A DNA stretch of 64,000 bases from the IMG/VR virus record IMGVR_UViG_3300038315_001276; one strand, given 5' to 3'. Both the position numbers and the translations under genes were made by a program. Source of the stretch: an uncultured virus (IMG/VR IMGVR_UViG_3300038315_001276) (lineage: Duplodnaviria; Heunggongvirae; Uroviricota; Caudoviricetes). Shown piece by piece: positions 18,474-27,001 of the stretch (the stretch's first letter is position 1; the number at the start of each line of letters is the position of its first letter). The notes beneath the pieces were generated by a model. The model had not been told where the DNA came from. It worked only from the letters and a program-made list of their open reading frames with translations, and did no database searches.

Positions 18474-18707
18474 TTATTGTGGGCCGAGAACCTTGGCGAT
18501 GACCTCGATCTTACCATTGGCGCATTCGGCTGACAGAAGGTGCTCAGTCGCCAACGCGGCCAGCTCGTTAACCGTCTGGACCTTGCGCTTGCTGATGGGG
18601 CACGGGGTCAGGGTTTCTGACGGTATGTCCGGTTTGATCGGGACGTATTCAATCTTCGGTTCGCAGCCCATTAATGAGAGCGGCAAGATCAGGATCAAGC
18701 ATCGCAT
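18474..18707 (-). CDS. Rz1: o-spanin lipoprotein
   Basis: Lipobox LMGC, Pro-rich, overlaps the end of Rz. Confidence 0.8.
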   Translation of the reverse strand: MRCLILILPLSLMGCEPKIEYVPIKPDIPSETLTPCPISKRKVQTVNELAALATEHLLSAECANGKIEVIAKVLGPQ

Positions 18708-18975
18708 CGGGTATCCCTCCTATCAGGATCTGTTCAACGGCTTCGGTAAGGGTGGCGTTGCGGGCGGCGAAGCGGTCGGCACGGGCACGCTCCACCTCAC
18801 GCGCCAGGGCCGATTGTTCCGCCTGTTCGGTCAGGGCTGTGAGGGACCGGCTCAGGCGGGCGTTCTCTACGGTCAGGCCATCGACGGTGCCTGACTGCCA
18901 CCACAAGGCCCCTGCCAGCCCGAGACACGCCAGCAGCGCGGCGCACAGAGCGATAAGCGTTGCCTTGGTCATCAT
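18649..18975 (-). CDS. Rz: i-spanin
   Basis: N-terminal TM plus coiled coil, downstream of the endolysin. Confidence 0.8.
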   Translation of the reverse strand: MMTKATLIALCAALLACLGLAGALWWQSGTVDGLTVENARLSRSLTALTEQAEQSALAREVERARADRFAARNATLTEAVEQILIGGIPDAMLDPDLAALINGLRTED

Positions 18976-19034
18976 GTCAGCCACCAGATCAACAGGGTAG
19001 CCAGAGCGGCCAGTGTGAGGGCCAGCCAGATCAT
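18972..19034 (-). CDS. Unlisted 20-aa hydrophobic peptide MIWLALTLAALATLLIWWLT
   Basis: Start/stop overlaps with both the endolysin and Rz. Confidence 0.55.
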   Translation of the reverse strand: MIWLALTLAALATLLIWWLT

Positions 19035-19423
19035 CGGCGGTAATCCCAACGAGCCTTACCCTTACGCACATCGATGTGGGTGAAGGTGTTGTACCGGCCG
19101 ATGCCCTTGGTGTCGGCATACCGCTTGAGCAGGTATTCCTGGACCGTGTTGGGCGATACACCCTCGACGGTGAAATCCCCCGCGGTGGCCTTCATGTGTT
19201 GCGATGCAGATGCTCCACCAACATAGGCGTTATACGGCGGGCAGCGATGGCCGGAATGGACCGTCACCGGCTTCCCGAAGTGATCCCGTACATCCTGAAG
19301 AGCATCGACCAGCTCTTTCGGCGGCGGGATCTGTTCGCACCGTGGCAGGTGCGGTGCCTTCCAGTGACAGTTGCAGCGAAATTCGTGCAGGCTAAAGTTC
19401 TTGCTCAGGTTTCCCATCTTCAT
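19031..19423 (-). CDS. Endolysin, peptidase M15A
   Basis: SGHRC..N..VGGA..SQHM..A.D and FTHIDVR. Confidence 0.9.
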   Translation of the reverse strand: MKMGNLSKNFSLHEFRCNCHWKAPHLPRCEQIPPPKELVDALQDVRDHFGKPVTVHSGHRCPPYNAYVGGASASQHMKATAGDFTVEGVSPNTVQEYLLKRYADTKGIGRYNTFTHIDVRKGKARWDYRR

Positions 19424-19821
19424 ACCCTCCAAAGGCAGGGCCCACGGCGCGGGAAGAATGGCGCGGTAAGCCAGTTGTAGTGTTTCTGTTGAGCCAACGG
19501 CAGGCTGCGATGCAGCGCCCCGAGCGCAGCCAGAGCTGCGACGACGGACCAAAAGGCAAAGACTGCGTTGACGGTCTGGCCTGACAAGGTGAATACGCCG
19601 GGGTTCATGATGCCCGCGCTGCCAAGCAACGGCCGCAGGATCGACCACCAGAGAAGGCGCACCCAGACAAGCCCGCTGGTCAGCGCGACAAAGGCGCTCA
19701 TAAGGCTATTGGCGTCATGCCCGCGAAACCGTAGGTGCGGCGCAAAGCCGATAGTCACCAACAGCATCAGCGCCACCGCAGCAACGGCCAAGGCACTATG
19801 AATAAAAATAAGGATCGTCAT
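19420..19821 (-). CDS. Multi-TM membrane protein, holin candidate
   Basis: About 3 hydrophobic segments, coupled to the endolysin. Confidence 0.6.
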   Translation of the reverse strand: MTILIFIHSALAVAAVALMLLVTIGFAPHLRFRGHDANSLMSAFVALTSGLVWVRLLWWSILRPLLGSAGIMNPGVFTLSGQTVNAVFAFWSVVAALAALGALHRSLPLAQQKHYNWLTAPFFPRRGPCLWRV

Positions 19822-20066
19822 TGCTCTTGGCCTCGCTTTGGTAAAACTCCGATCACCAGACTGTTGACCTGTCCGGTGCGTTCTTCGATGGCATTGGCAA
19901 GGCGCTGTCTGGATGCCTCGGCAACCTCGCGGGCCTGTACTGCGTCAACCTGTTCTCGGGTCGGGCGCTTGGGTGATTTCAAAGCCTTGAAGGCGTTCTG
20001 GGGAGACTTGAAATTTTTGATCGCATTGGAAGCGAGTTTAAAAGCCTTGAACAAATTCTTAATCAC
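19818..20066 (-). CDS. Basic amphipathic protein in the lysis cassette
   Basis: Probable GTG start overlapping the upstream gene. Confidence 0.55.
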   Translation of the reverse strand: MIKNLFKAFKLASNAIKNFKSPQNAFKALKSPKRPTREQVDAVQAREVAEASRQRLANAIEERTGQVNSLVIGVLPKRGQEQ

Positions 20067-20277
20067 GGCCTTTCCCTTCGATGTATCGCAGCGCAGCATC
20101 CAGCGTTTTGGTGTTGTCGGCCATCTGGGAGGTGTGCGCTTTATGATCGTCAAAGCGGGCGTCGACTTGCTCGTTAAGCCGCGCCCACAACGCCTTCACG
20201 ACTATAGCCAGCCCGACAATAATCAGACCGGGCAGGCCATAGGCCTCTAGGAAGCTCGGAAGGTCAAAGCCGTTCAT
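20059..20277 (-). CDS. Single-TM holin/antiholin-like protein
   Basis: YGLPGLIIVGLAIVV TM plus coiled coil. First gene of the cassette. Confidence 0.6.
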   Translation of the reverse strand: MNGFDLPSFLEAYGLPGLIIVGLAIVVKALWARLNEQVDARFDDHKAHTSQMADNTKTLDAALRYIEGKGRD

Positions 20278-20324
20278 CAAGCGGAGCCCGAAGCTAAGTG
20301 AATGTATTTCGATTTGGTAATCAT
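20277..20324 (-). CDS. Putative leaderless 15-aa leader peptide
   Basis: ATG 35 nt from a GTGCAT box, with TGATG coupling to the next gene. Confidence 0.45.
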   Translation of the reverse strand: MITKSKYIHLASGSA

Positions 20325-20451
20325 GCCCCGTTTGTGGGGCGCTCGTCAGTCGCAACAAATGCACGAAATCTTATAAAGATATTTTATTGTTGATTGCCGA
20401 TCATGCTACAGGGAGCAGAACACGAATGGTTAGAATGAAAACAGGCGTTCT

Positions 20452-21501
20452 TTGATGGCATACCTTAACTACGTTGTACTACCGCTGGAAATCATGACGT
20501 TCTTTTTTGCCTTCCTATCGGACGCTATGAAGTTCAACCCAGCAATCCGGAAAGCTGCTTTCTTTCTGCTGTCGGCGCTATGGGTGATCGCAACCGTGTC
20601 CCGGCCTTGGGGCGTTTCGCCGGATGATTGGAACTATTCGTTCCACCTCGTCCTATCGGACCCATTTTCAAAATCTGGGTTTGAGGATGCGATGGGTCAC
20701 AGCTTCTTATATTACCAAGCCTTAGCAATCGTGCGTGACTTCACCGACACCGAGGCAGCATTCTTGATAATAGCGGGTGTTGCTCTAGCGCTTAAACTCT
20801 GGCTGATTGGCCGGATCACATCGTATAGCCTAATGTCGCTTTTCGCGTATGTGAGTATATTTTGGATGCTGCATGATGTTGTGCAGCTACGCGCGGCTGT
20901 CGCAAGTTTGCTGCTTATTCTAGCGATCCATCTTTATTCAAGCGGGAGAAAAACACCCGCTTTAGCCTCTATGGTCGCCGCCCCGATGGTCCATATACAG
21001 GGTGCAGTCGTTCCAATCGGGATTGGTTTGCGATGGCTATTTGCAGAAAAGTTTGTTCTGGCAATCGGTGTGGTTCTTTTCACACAAGCCTTAGTATCAG
21101 TGGGTGTAGCCCCTTCCAAAGCGATTTTCGCTTTCATTCCAATTGAAAGTGAAAGAGCGCTTGCAACCCTAGAAGATAGTGAGGGTGGGAGTGGCCTTAG
21201 ACTAACCACCCTTGTAATGGTCGCAGGGCTTGCTTTGGCTATACCCGGCTTACGCTCATGGCGCAGTGCGGCTATGGATTTGGCGTTTTATACTGTGATT
21301 GGCGGCTTTTTGGTTTACTGGCTGACCGCAGGAGTGGGCGGGGTCAGCAACAGGCTGATGCAGTTTCTGTGGGTTCCGATTGTACTTTTGGCCCCATACT
21401 ACAAAAGGAATTTCTTTACTTACTTCGGTTTTATCCTGATCTGCCTAGCCTACTTTTACCTGTCTGGTTGGATCAACCAGCTTATGGGACATGCCGGTTG
21501 A
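20452..21501 (+). CDS. EpsG-family / Wzy-like polysaccharide polymerase (conversion gene)
   Basis: About 9-10 TMs, R.WG..D..NY and QLRAAVA motifs. AT-richer and opposite strand. Confidence 0.75.
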   Translation: MMAYLNYVVLPLEIMTFFFAFLSDAMKFNPAIRKAAFFLLSALWVIATVSRPWGVSPDDWNYSFHLVLSDPFSKSGFEDAMGHSFLYYQALAIVRDFTDTEAAFLIIAGVALALKLWLIGRITSYSLMSLFAYVSIFWMLHDVVQLRAAVASLLLILAIHLYSSGRKTPALASMVAAPMVHIQGAVVPIGIGLRWLFAEKFVLAIGVVLFTQALVSVGVAPSKAIFAFIPIESERALATLEDSEGGSGLRLTTLVMVAGLALAIPGLRSWRSAAMDLAFYTVIGGFLVYWLTAGVGGVSNRLMQFLWVPIVLLAPYYKRNFFTYFGFILICLAYFYLSGWINQLMGHAG

Positions 21502-21524
21502 TCCTCGGTCAGTTCGTTACTCTG

Positions 21525-23228
21525 CTATTGGCCGACGAACTTTTCTACGCGGAAGCGAGAGTTGAACATCATCACATATCCGTTCACGTAAACTGAACGC
21601 AGAAGCACGTTCGCCTCCCCCGGTGCAAAGTCATACAGCTTGACGGTTTGCGTATAGGGTGGCGGTGACATGAACAACGCCGGCTCGGTCGTCTCCGCGG
21701 TCCAATAAAAAAGATTACCCGTATCCGTGTCCATCACAAGGCTGCGCACAGTTTCCGTCGCTGGACGCCCGGGCGGCTGATAGGTTTGAACCCCCATATT
21801 CACACTACCAGCAACAGTGTTATTACGTGCTGCCTCCAATAAGTGATACTCTGGCCTGTCGCTAGTCAGGATGAACTTTGCATCGTTCTGACTTTCACCA
21901 TTAAATTCAGCCGCCGGGACCAACAGGAAATCGACTGGATAATGGTTGGTCCGAGGGGCAACGGGAGTTGTCCATTGTAGCCAACTATCTGTGCCTCCTG
22001 GGCCTGCTCCGATCCCAGAAGGTGTTAAACGCTGCAACCCGATTTGGTCACCCCATCCCGCATCTCCGAGCGAGGCGAACAACGCGACTGAACCCTGATT
22101 ATGGAAAGAGTGGATGTGCCGTGCGCTTAGGAACTCCGCCGACAGTGCCCACGTCCTTGCTGTGAGATCAAACCGGAAAATGCGCGGCCCTCGAACAGGG
22201 TCGGGGCCGGGTGACATCCCTGTGGTTCGAACCTCTGCCCCAGAGGTATATTCACCGATAAAGATATGGCCGCCAACAACCCCTAAACCGTATGGCCTTG
22301 CGGTAGCATTCCCGCTGCGCAGCCCCGCAGAGACAGGGCAGGATATGTCTGTCCACGTTGCGGTGGCGGAAAGGTCACTGCTTTCGTGTAGGTCTAAGTT
22401 GTTGCAGAGAACGTAAAGCTTTCCACCCTCAACGATAACGTCTGCAATCCCCGCACCAGTGGTAAGGGCTCCTGGCGGGACTGTCATCTTGTCAATAAAG
22501 GTATGTCCAGAATCAATGCTCATCGCCATATTAAATGTTGAGGTGTTAAGCCCCCACGGCTGGCGGTTTGACGCATCTTGACCATAAACGCGCACAGTGC
22601 GCCCGGTTTCGATCTCAAAAAGCCCCTGAAGAGGCGGGAGGTATTTTTGCCTGATGGTGACCGAAGGCGCAGCGGCGCTCAGTGTGGGGCTGGCTGGAGG
22701 GTTCGGCAAAGGGAACGCAGCGGTAGCAACTTCGCCCCCACCGTATTCATTTACGCCTACCCGACCAATAGTGCTGTCGGTAGTTACGCCAACGTAATAT
22801 TTACCAGCCGGAAGGTTCGTCTCAGGCACGGCCACGATCATTTCGCCAGCAGGGGTCAACTCTCGCGGGCCAGACCGGACCAAAAGCTCACGGGCCGAAT
22901 TATAAATACCCACCTCGGCCAACTTGGCGGCGGTGTCGGCTACGATCACATCAATTGAAAGCCTATTTATCACGGTTTCGGAGTACAGGCGAAACGGCAC
23001 AAGTTTGACGTTGGTTAGCTGGCTCTGCGTTGTTGGGTTTGATGTGGTGATATTTTTAATGCTGGCTAACTCTGCCGCATCGGCAGATTCAGCAGCCGCC
23101 AGGCGATCCAGCGCCGTTTGCTCGGCGTCTCCGGAGACTTGATCCACTTGCACCTGAACTGATGCCTGCAAGTCGGCGCTGATCTGATCTATTGCTTCAG
23201 GCTTCAAGACTGTAATTTGGGTTGCCAT
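21525..23228 (-). CDS. Receptor-binding protein / tail spike (beta-rich, possibly propeller)
   Basis: Follows the tail-fibre anchor. SxDxGxTF Asp-box-like motif and RHIH. Confidence 0.65.
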   Translation of the reverse strand: MATQITVLKPEAIDQISADLQASVQVQVDQVSGDAEQTALDRLAAAESADAAELASIKNITTSNPTTQSQLTNVKLVPFRLYSETVINRLSIDVIVADTAAKLAEVGIYNSARELLVRSGPRELTPAGEMIVAVPETNLPAGKYYVGVTTDSTIGRVGVNEYGGGEVATAAFPLPNPPASPTLSAAAPSVTIRQKYLPPLQGLFEIETGRTVRVYGQDASNRQPWGLNTSTFNMAMSIDSGHTFIDKMTVPPGALTTGAGIADVIVEGGKLYVLCNNLDLHESSDLSATATWTDISCPVSAGLRSGNATARPYGLGVVGGHIFIGEYTSGAEVRTTGMSPGPDPVRGPRIFRFDLTARTWALSAEFLSARHIHSFHNQGSVALFASLGDAGWGDQIGLQRLTPSGIGAGPGGTDSWLQWTTPVAPRTNHYPVDFLLVPAAEFNGESQNDAKFILTSDRPEYHLLEAARNNTVAGSVNMGVQTYQPPGRPATETVRSLVMDTDTGNLFYWTAETTEPALFMSPPPYTQTVKLYDFAPGEANVLLRSVYVNGYVMMFNSRFRVEKFVGQ

Positions 23229-23229
23229 A

Positions 23230-23910
23230 TTAGATTACCTCGATTGAAATTGTGGGATATGGGCCGGGCCCAGGGTCCGTGACGATTGCTCGTGAAGCAG
23301 TTACAAATGTTGCGCTAATTTCATCTTCGCTGACCAGAAATAGCATAGTATCGTCGGCGGCCGCCGTAGCCGCATTCTCGGCCTGATCTGTAGCAATTTT
23401 TGCCTGTTCAGTGGCTACGATTGCGAACGTTTGAGCGTTCTTAACTTCATCGACAGTAGGCCCAAACAAGAAGCCATCACCCTCTACATTCGTCACAACC
23501 GTTCGGTTAGGAACTAAAGAAATCGGTGAAATTTTTTCGAACACGCGAAAACTTCTGCCCGCATCACGCTTGAGATCGGACAGCACCGCCCAGACGCGCG
23601 CCAGCTCGATATTGAGCTTTTCGGTTATACCAGGGCCGTTCTGATAGTCCGAGCCCCGCGCTGCCGTCATGTCGCTGTGAACACGAACGACATCAGAGAC
23701 GGCCAGATCGGCGTCAAAGCTGATCGTTGCGTTGTCGTCGAAGCCGTCGACGTAGTTCGAGCTGATGGTGAAATCTGTCCGTGCAATATCGTTCACGAAC
23801 ACGGCAAGCCTGTCGTCATCGAATAGACGGAACGTAAGATCAAACGGGCCCGCGGTCGCAGAGGCCAGCGTGATAATCGTAGTACGATCTGATTTAGGTA
23901 CTGTTGCCAT
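23230..23910 (-). CDS. Tail fibre anchor (T7 gp17 N-terminal-like)
   Basis: GPF..TF..FD...L.V.VN motif and synteny. Confidence 0.7.
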   Translation of the reverse strand: MATVPKSDRTTIITLASATAGPFDLTFRLFDDDRLAVFVNDIARTDFTISSNYVDGFDDNATISFDADLAVSDVVRVHSDMTAARGSDYQNGPGITEKLNIELARVWAVLSDLKRDAGRSFRVFEKISPISLVPNRTVVTNVEGDGFLFGPTVDEVKNAQTFAIVATEQAKIATDQAENAATAAADDTMLFLVSEDEISATFVTASRAIVTDPGPGPYPTISIEVI

Positions 23911-23957
23911 GCGGGAGAATTGGCGCAGGTATCCCCGCGACCAAATGCACGGCAGGT

Positions 23958-24479
23958 TTATTCGAAGCGCATCGCGTTGAGGTAGGCGGTATACGTGCCG
24001 CCCGAAATTGTGCTGGCGCTGGTGTTAAACAGGCGGATCGAAACGAGATTTGCAGCAGAAATATATGCTTGCACTGTCAGCCCATCCGGCAGCGCCTGAT
24101 TGAACGAGAAGTTCAGGTGATCCCCAAGTGCAACGCCGGTTACGGTCGTGGAAAGTGTCTGACCGGCCCCTGCCCCAATATCGGAAACCGTCAGCGCCAC
24201 CGCGCGGCGGAACATCTTTTTGAGGTTGGCGTATGTATCGAATTTCAGACCGCCGGTGATATTCGCATTAACCATCGTCGCTTCTTGGGCGGTGAGATCA
24301 TCGATCTCTACGTCGCCAAAGTTGTGATTGCCTCCCTCGCGCGCGATGTCCTTGAACAGGTGCTCGCGGGTGACTTTGCGGGATTTGCTGCCAGGTGCGG
24401 AATTGTCGAAGATCAACAGGAAGTCGTCATCCGACACGTCGGCGGGGTCGATCTCGATAATCTCGTTCAGTTCTGGCAT
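23958..24479 (-). CDS. Hypothetical virion/tail accessory protein
   Basis: RBS, own late promoter, beta-rich C-terminus. Confidence 0.65.
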   Translation of the reverse strand: MPELNEIIEIDPADVSDDDFLLIFDNSAPGSKSRKVTREHLFKDIAREGGNHNFGDVEIDDLTAQEATMVNANITGGLKFDTYANLKKMFRRAVALTVSDIGAGAGQTLSTTVTGVALGDHLNFSFNQALPDGLTVQAYISAANLVSIRLFNTSASTISGGTYTAYLNAMRFE

Positions 24480-24538
24480 CTGGAAACCTCTTGGTGTGCG
24501 GGTGGACGATCACCGATGCGCGGCAATCGCCCAATGCA

Positions 24539-27001
24539 CTATCTGCCCAAGGCGTTCATCAGGTTTGGCGCTCGATCTGGGAGCGGACTACCCGGCATCC
24601 ACCAGCTGCCATTCGAATAGGCGTTCTTCTGGGCCGTGGCCTTCTTGCGGAAGTCCCGCTCGGCGTCAGGGTCAAGGAAGCTGTGCAACTGGTCGGCTAC
24701 CAGCCGGTCGAACGCTGGCCCAATAGCTGGTGTCTGCGCCATCGGCGTATATCGCTTGATCGCCGTCGATAGCTCTTTGGGCAGATTGGTGTCTGCGCCC
24801 ATAGCAAACTGCCATGCGTTCTTTATCGTGAGGTTCCAAGCGTCCTGCGCGACCTGCGGCATAGGGCCGGCCACGTATGAGCCGAAGCCCCCGCCCCAAG
24901 AGGATTGCCCCGCAGAGACAATATCCCCGACAACAGCGAAACCACCGCCCTTGAGCCCTGCGCGCGCCCAGAACATGCCATCTGTCATATCTTGGGGGTC
25001 ATTGCCCTTGATGATCTCTGCCAGCTGCAGGGATACTGCGCCCAAGGCGGTAGCCCCGCCAACGAGGTTGGCCGCATATCCAATCTTACCGGCCAAGGAA
25101 GGCTGCGCCATCGTGCGCCGCCATTGGTTCACGGTGAAGGTCATCGCAAACGATTTGAACATCAGCCCCGATTTGACGATCTCATAAGGCAGCGTGCCCG
25201 GGGGGATGTCATACGCCGAAGGATCAACCATGCCCCGCGCCAAAAGGCTTTGCGTAGGAACGGCGAACTCGGTTTGCTCTTCGATCATGCCTTGGATCTT
25301 GAAGAAAATATCTTCCGCCTGATCGTAGGGGAGGTCAGTCGCCTCGCGCCAGTAGATCGGGCTGGCGAAGGTCGCGCCGTTGCCCGCGGTAAACATATGC
25401 TCTGCCCGAGTGAACTGCGCCCAATCGTCATCTGTCACCCCGACATCCCGAAGCGCTTTTTGCAAGGGGGCGTCGACATCAGACAGCGTGCGGCCGGCGT
25501 TAGCAGCCATCAGGCCAGCCATCTCCATCTGGAAGGCGATACGCCCCGCATCAGTCCAACCGGAAAGGCCCTGAATACGCATCGAGGCGCTGGACAGGCG
25601 CTCCGCTATCTCTCCTGGGGGAACCTCGCTCTGGAACCGTGCAAGCGCGATGCCGGGGTCTGCCAGCGTATCGGCCACCCATCCGGCGCGTAGGGCGTCA
25701 TCCTTGGTCATACTGTCCGACATCATCTTGACGTGGCGGGACAGGACATTGCCGGGGTTCATGCCCATCTGCTGAGCCGCAAGGCGCACCGTGTTCGTAT
25801 CTGACAGGGAAGCGATGATAGCCCGATCGAGGAACGCCGATGTCAGGACGTGGCGGGTCGAGGACAGGAACGTCGACACATAGTCCTGCCAAAGCGTCTC
25901 TGCCTGCCCGCCGCCGCTCTCCACACGGAACATGCGCCGCGCGAACTTGCCGTTGCCCGCCACCTTATCAGCATCCAGACCTTCTTGGCGGGCACGCTTC
26001 ATTGCCAGCTGCTCTTGGTATTCGATACCCATGCCGGGGTTTGGGCCAAACTCACGCATTGCAACGATGTCACGGCTCATTTTGTGGACGTGGCCCATCA
26101 GGCTTTTGAACGGATCTCCCGAACCGTATTTCTTGTTGTAATCAATCCACTGGTCAGCCGAGTTGAAATGCAGGCTACGGCTTTCCGCACGGCGCTTATA
26201 GAGCGCTGATCCGGTCGGACGGCCATAGATCGCGGCTTGGCTTTCCTTCCCGAATTTCAGGTTGTCGTAGATTTCGCGCAGAAAGCGCTGCTGCGTCTCC
26301 ATGCTCGGGGGTGGTGCGCCCTCTGGCTGGAAAGGCTTGCCCGTCATGTGATCCTCGATCTGGGACCATTTGAGGTTGGGCGCAATGTCTTGGAACCATT
26401 GATCGAAACCCGCCTTGGTCACGGCGCGACGGCTGTGGCTATGCGGCAGACCGTAATTGTCCAGCTGGCCGATGATCCCGCCCGCCTCGTTGAACATCAG
26501 GCGCATGTCCTCCAACGCCTCGCGGATCCCCTTCGCCAGTGCGCCCGCCGCTTCATCACCTGTTGCCTCGCCGTGCAGCTCTCGCACGATATTCTTCATC
26601 TGGGCGGGCTTGGTCAGGCGACCGGCGATGTCGCGGTGGTGCTCTTTCAGGAACGCTGACAATCGGCTGTTGAAGCGACGAACCAAAGAGCGCGATTTGT
26701 AGTCCAGCGATTCAACCGTGGCCGTCTGGTGCTTGGCAAGATCCGGTGCCGACGCAACGCCCTGCTGCAGCTTGCGCATGTTGGCGATACGGGCTTGGAA
26801 CACATGGCGGTTCTCGCCCGCTTCTTTGCGAAAGGCGTCTTTGACGTCCTCGCCGGCCATTGCCTCCGCGTTCTCGCGGGACCACCCCTGCCGCTCGTAG
26901 CGGTCTGAGGTGTCTTTCCACATCTGCTGCGCTCGGGCGGCGCGCTCACGGTCTGCGCTGCCCTCGTCAACGGCATCCGCTAAACAATCAAAAAAGCTCA
27001 T
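24539..27001 (-). CDS. Internal virion (ejection) protein
   Basis: 820 aa, helical, MFKSF..T motif, podovirus synteny. Confidence 0.75.
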   Translation of the reverse strand: MSFFDCLADAVDEGSADRERAARAQQMWKDTSDRYERQGWSRENAEAMAGEDVKDAFRKEAGENRHVFQARIANMRKLQQGVASAPDLAKHQTATVESLDYKSRSLVRRFNSRLSAFLKEHHRDIAGRLTKPAQMKNIVRELHGEATGDEAAGALAKGIREALEDMRLMFNEAGGIIGQLDNYGLPHSHSRRAVTKAGFDQWFQDIAPNLKWSQIEDHMTGKPFQPEGAPPPSMETQQRFLREIYDNLKFGKESQAAIYGRPTGSALYKRRAESRSLHFNSADQWIDYNKKYGSGDPFKSLMGHVHKMSRDIVAMREFGPNPGMGIEYQEQLAMKRARQEGLDADKVAGNGKFARRMFRVESGGGQAETLWQDYVSTFLSSTRHVLTSAFLDRAIIASLSDTNTVRLAAQQMGMNPGNVLSRHVKMMSDSMTKDDALRAGWVADTLADPGIALARFQSEVPPGEIAERLSSASMRIQGLSGWTDAGRIAFQMEMAGLMAANAGRTLSDVDAPLQKALRDVGVTDDDWAQFTRAEHMFTAGNGATFASPIYWREATDLPYDQAEDIFFKIQGMIEEQTEFAVPTQSLLARGMVDPSAYDIPPGTLPYEIVKSGLMFKSFAMTFTVNQWRRTMAQPSLAGKIGYAANLVGGATALGAVSLQLAEIIKGNDPQDMTDGMFWARAGLKGGGFAVVGDIVSAGQSSWGGGFGSYVAGPMPQVAQDAWNLTIKNAWQFAMGADTNLPKELSTAIKRYTPMAQTPAIGPAFDRLVADQLHSFLDPDAERDFRKKATAQKNAYSNGSWWMPGSPLPDRAPNLMNALGR

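Noticed and set aside
21525..24479. Diversity-generating retroelement as in BPP-1
   Set aside because: No reverse transcriptase motif and no TR/VR repeat pair seen in the window.
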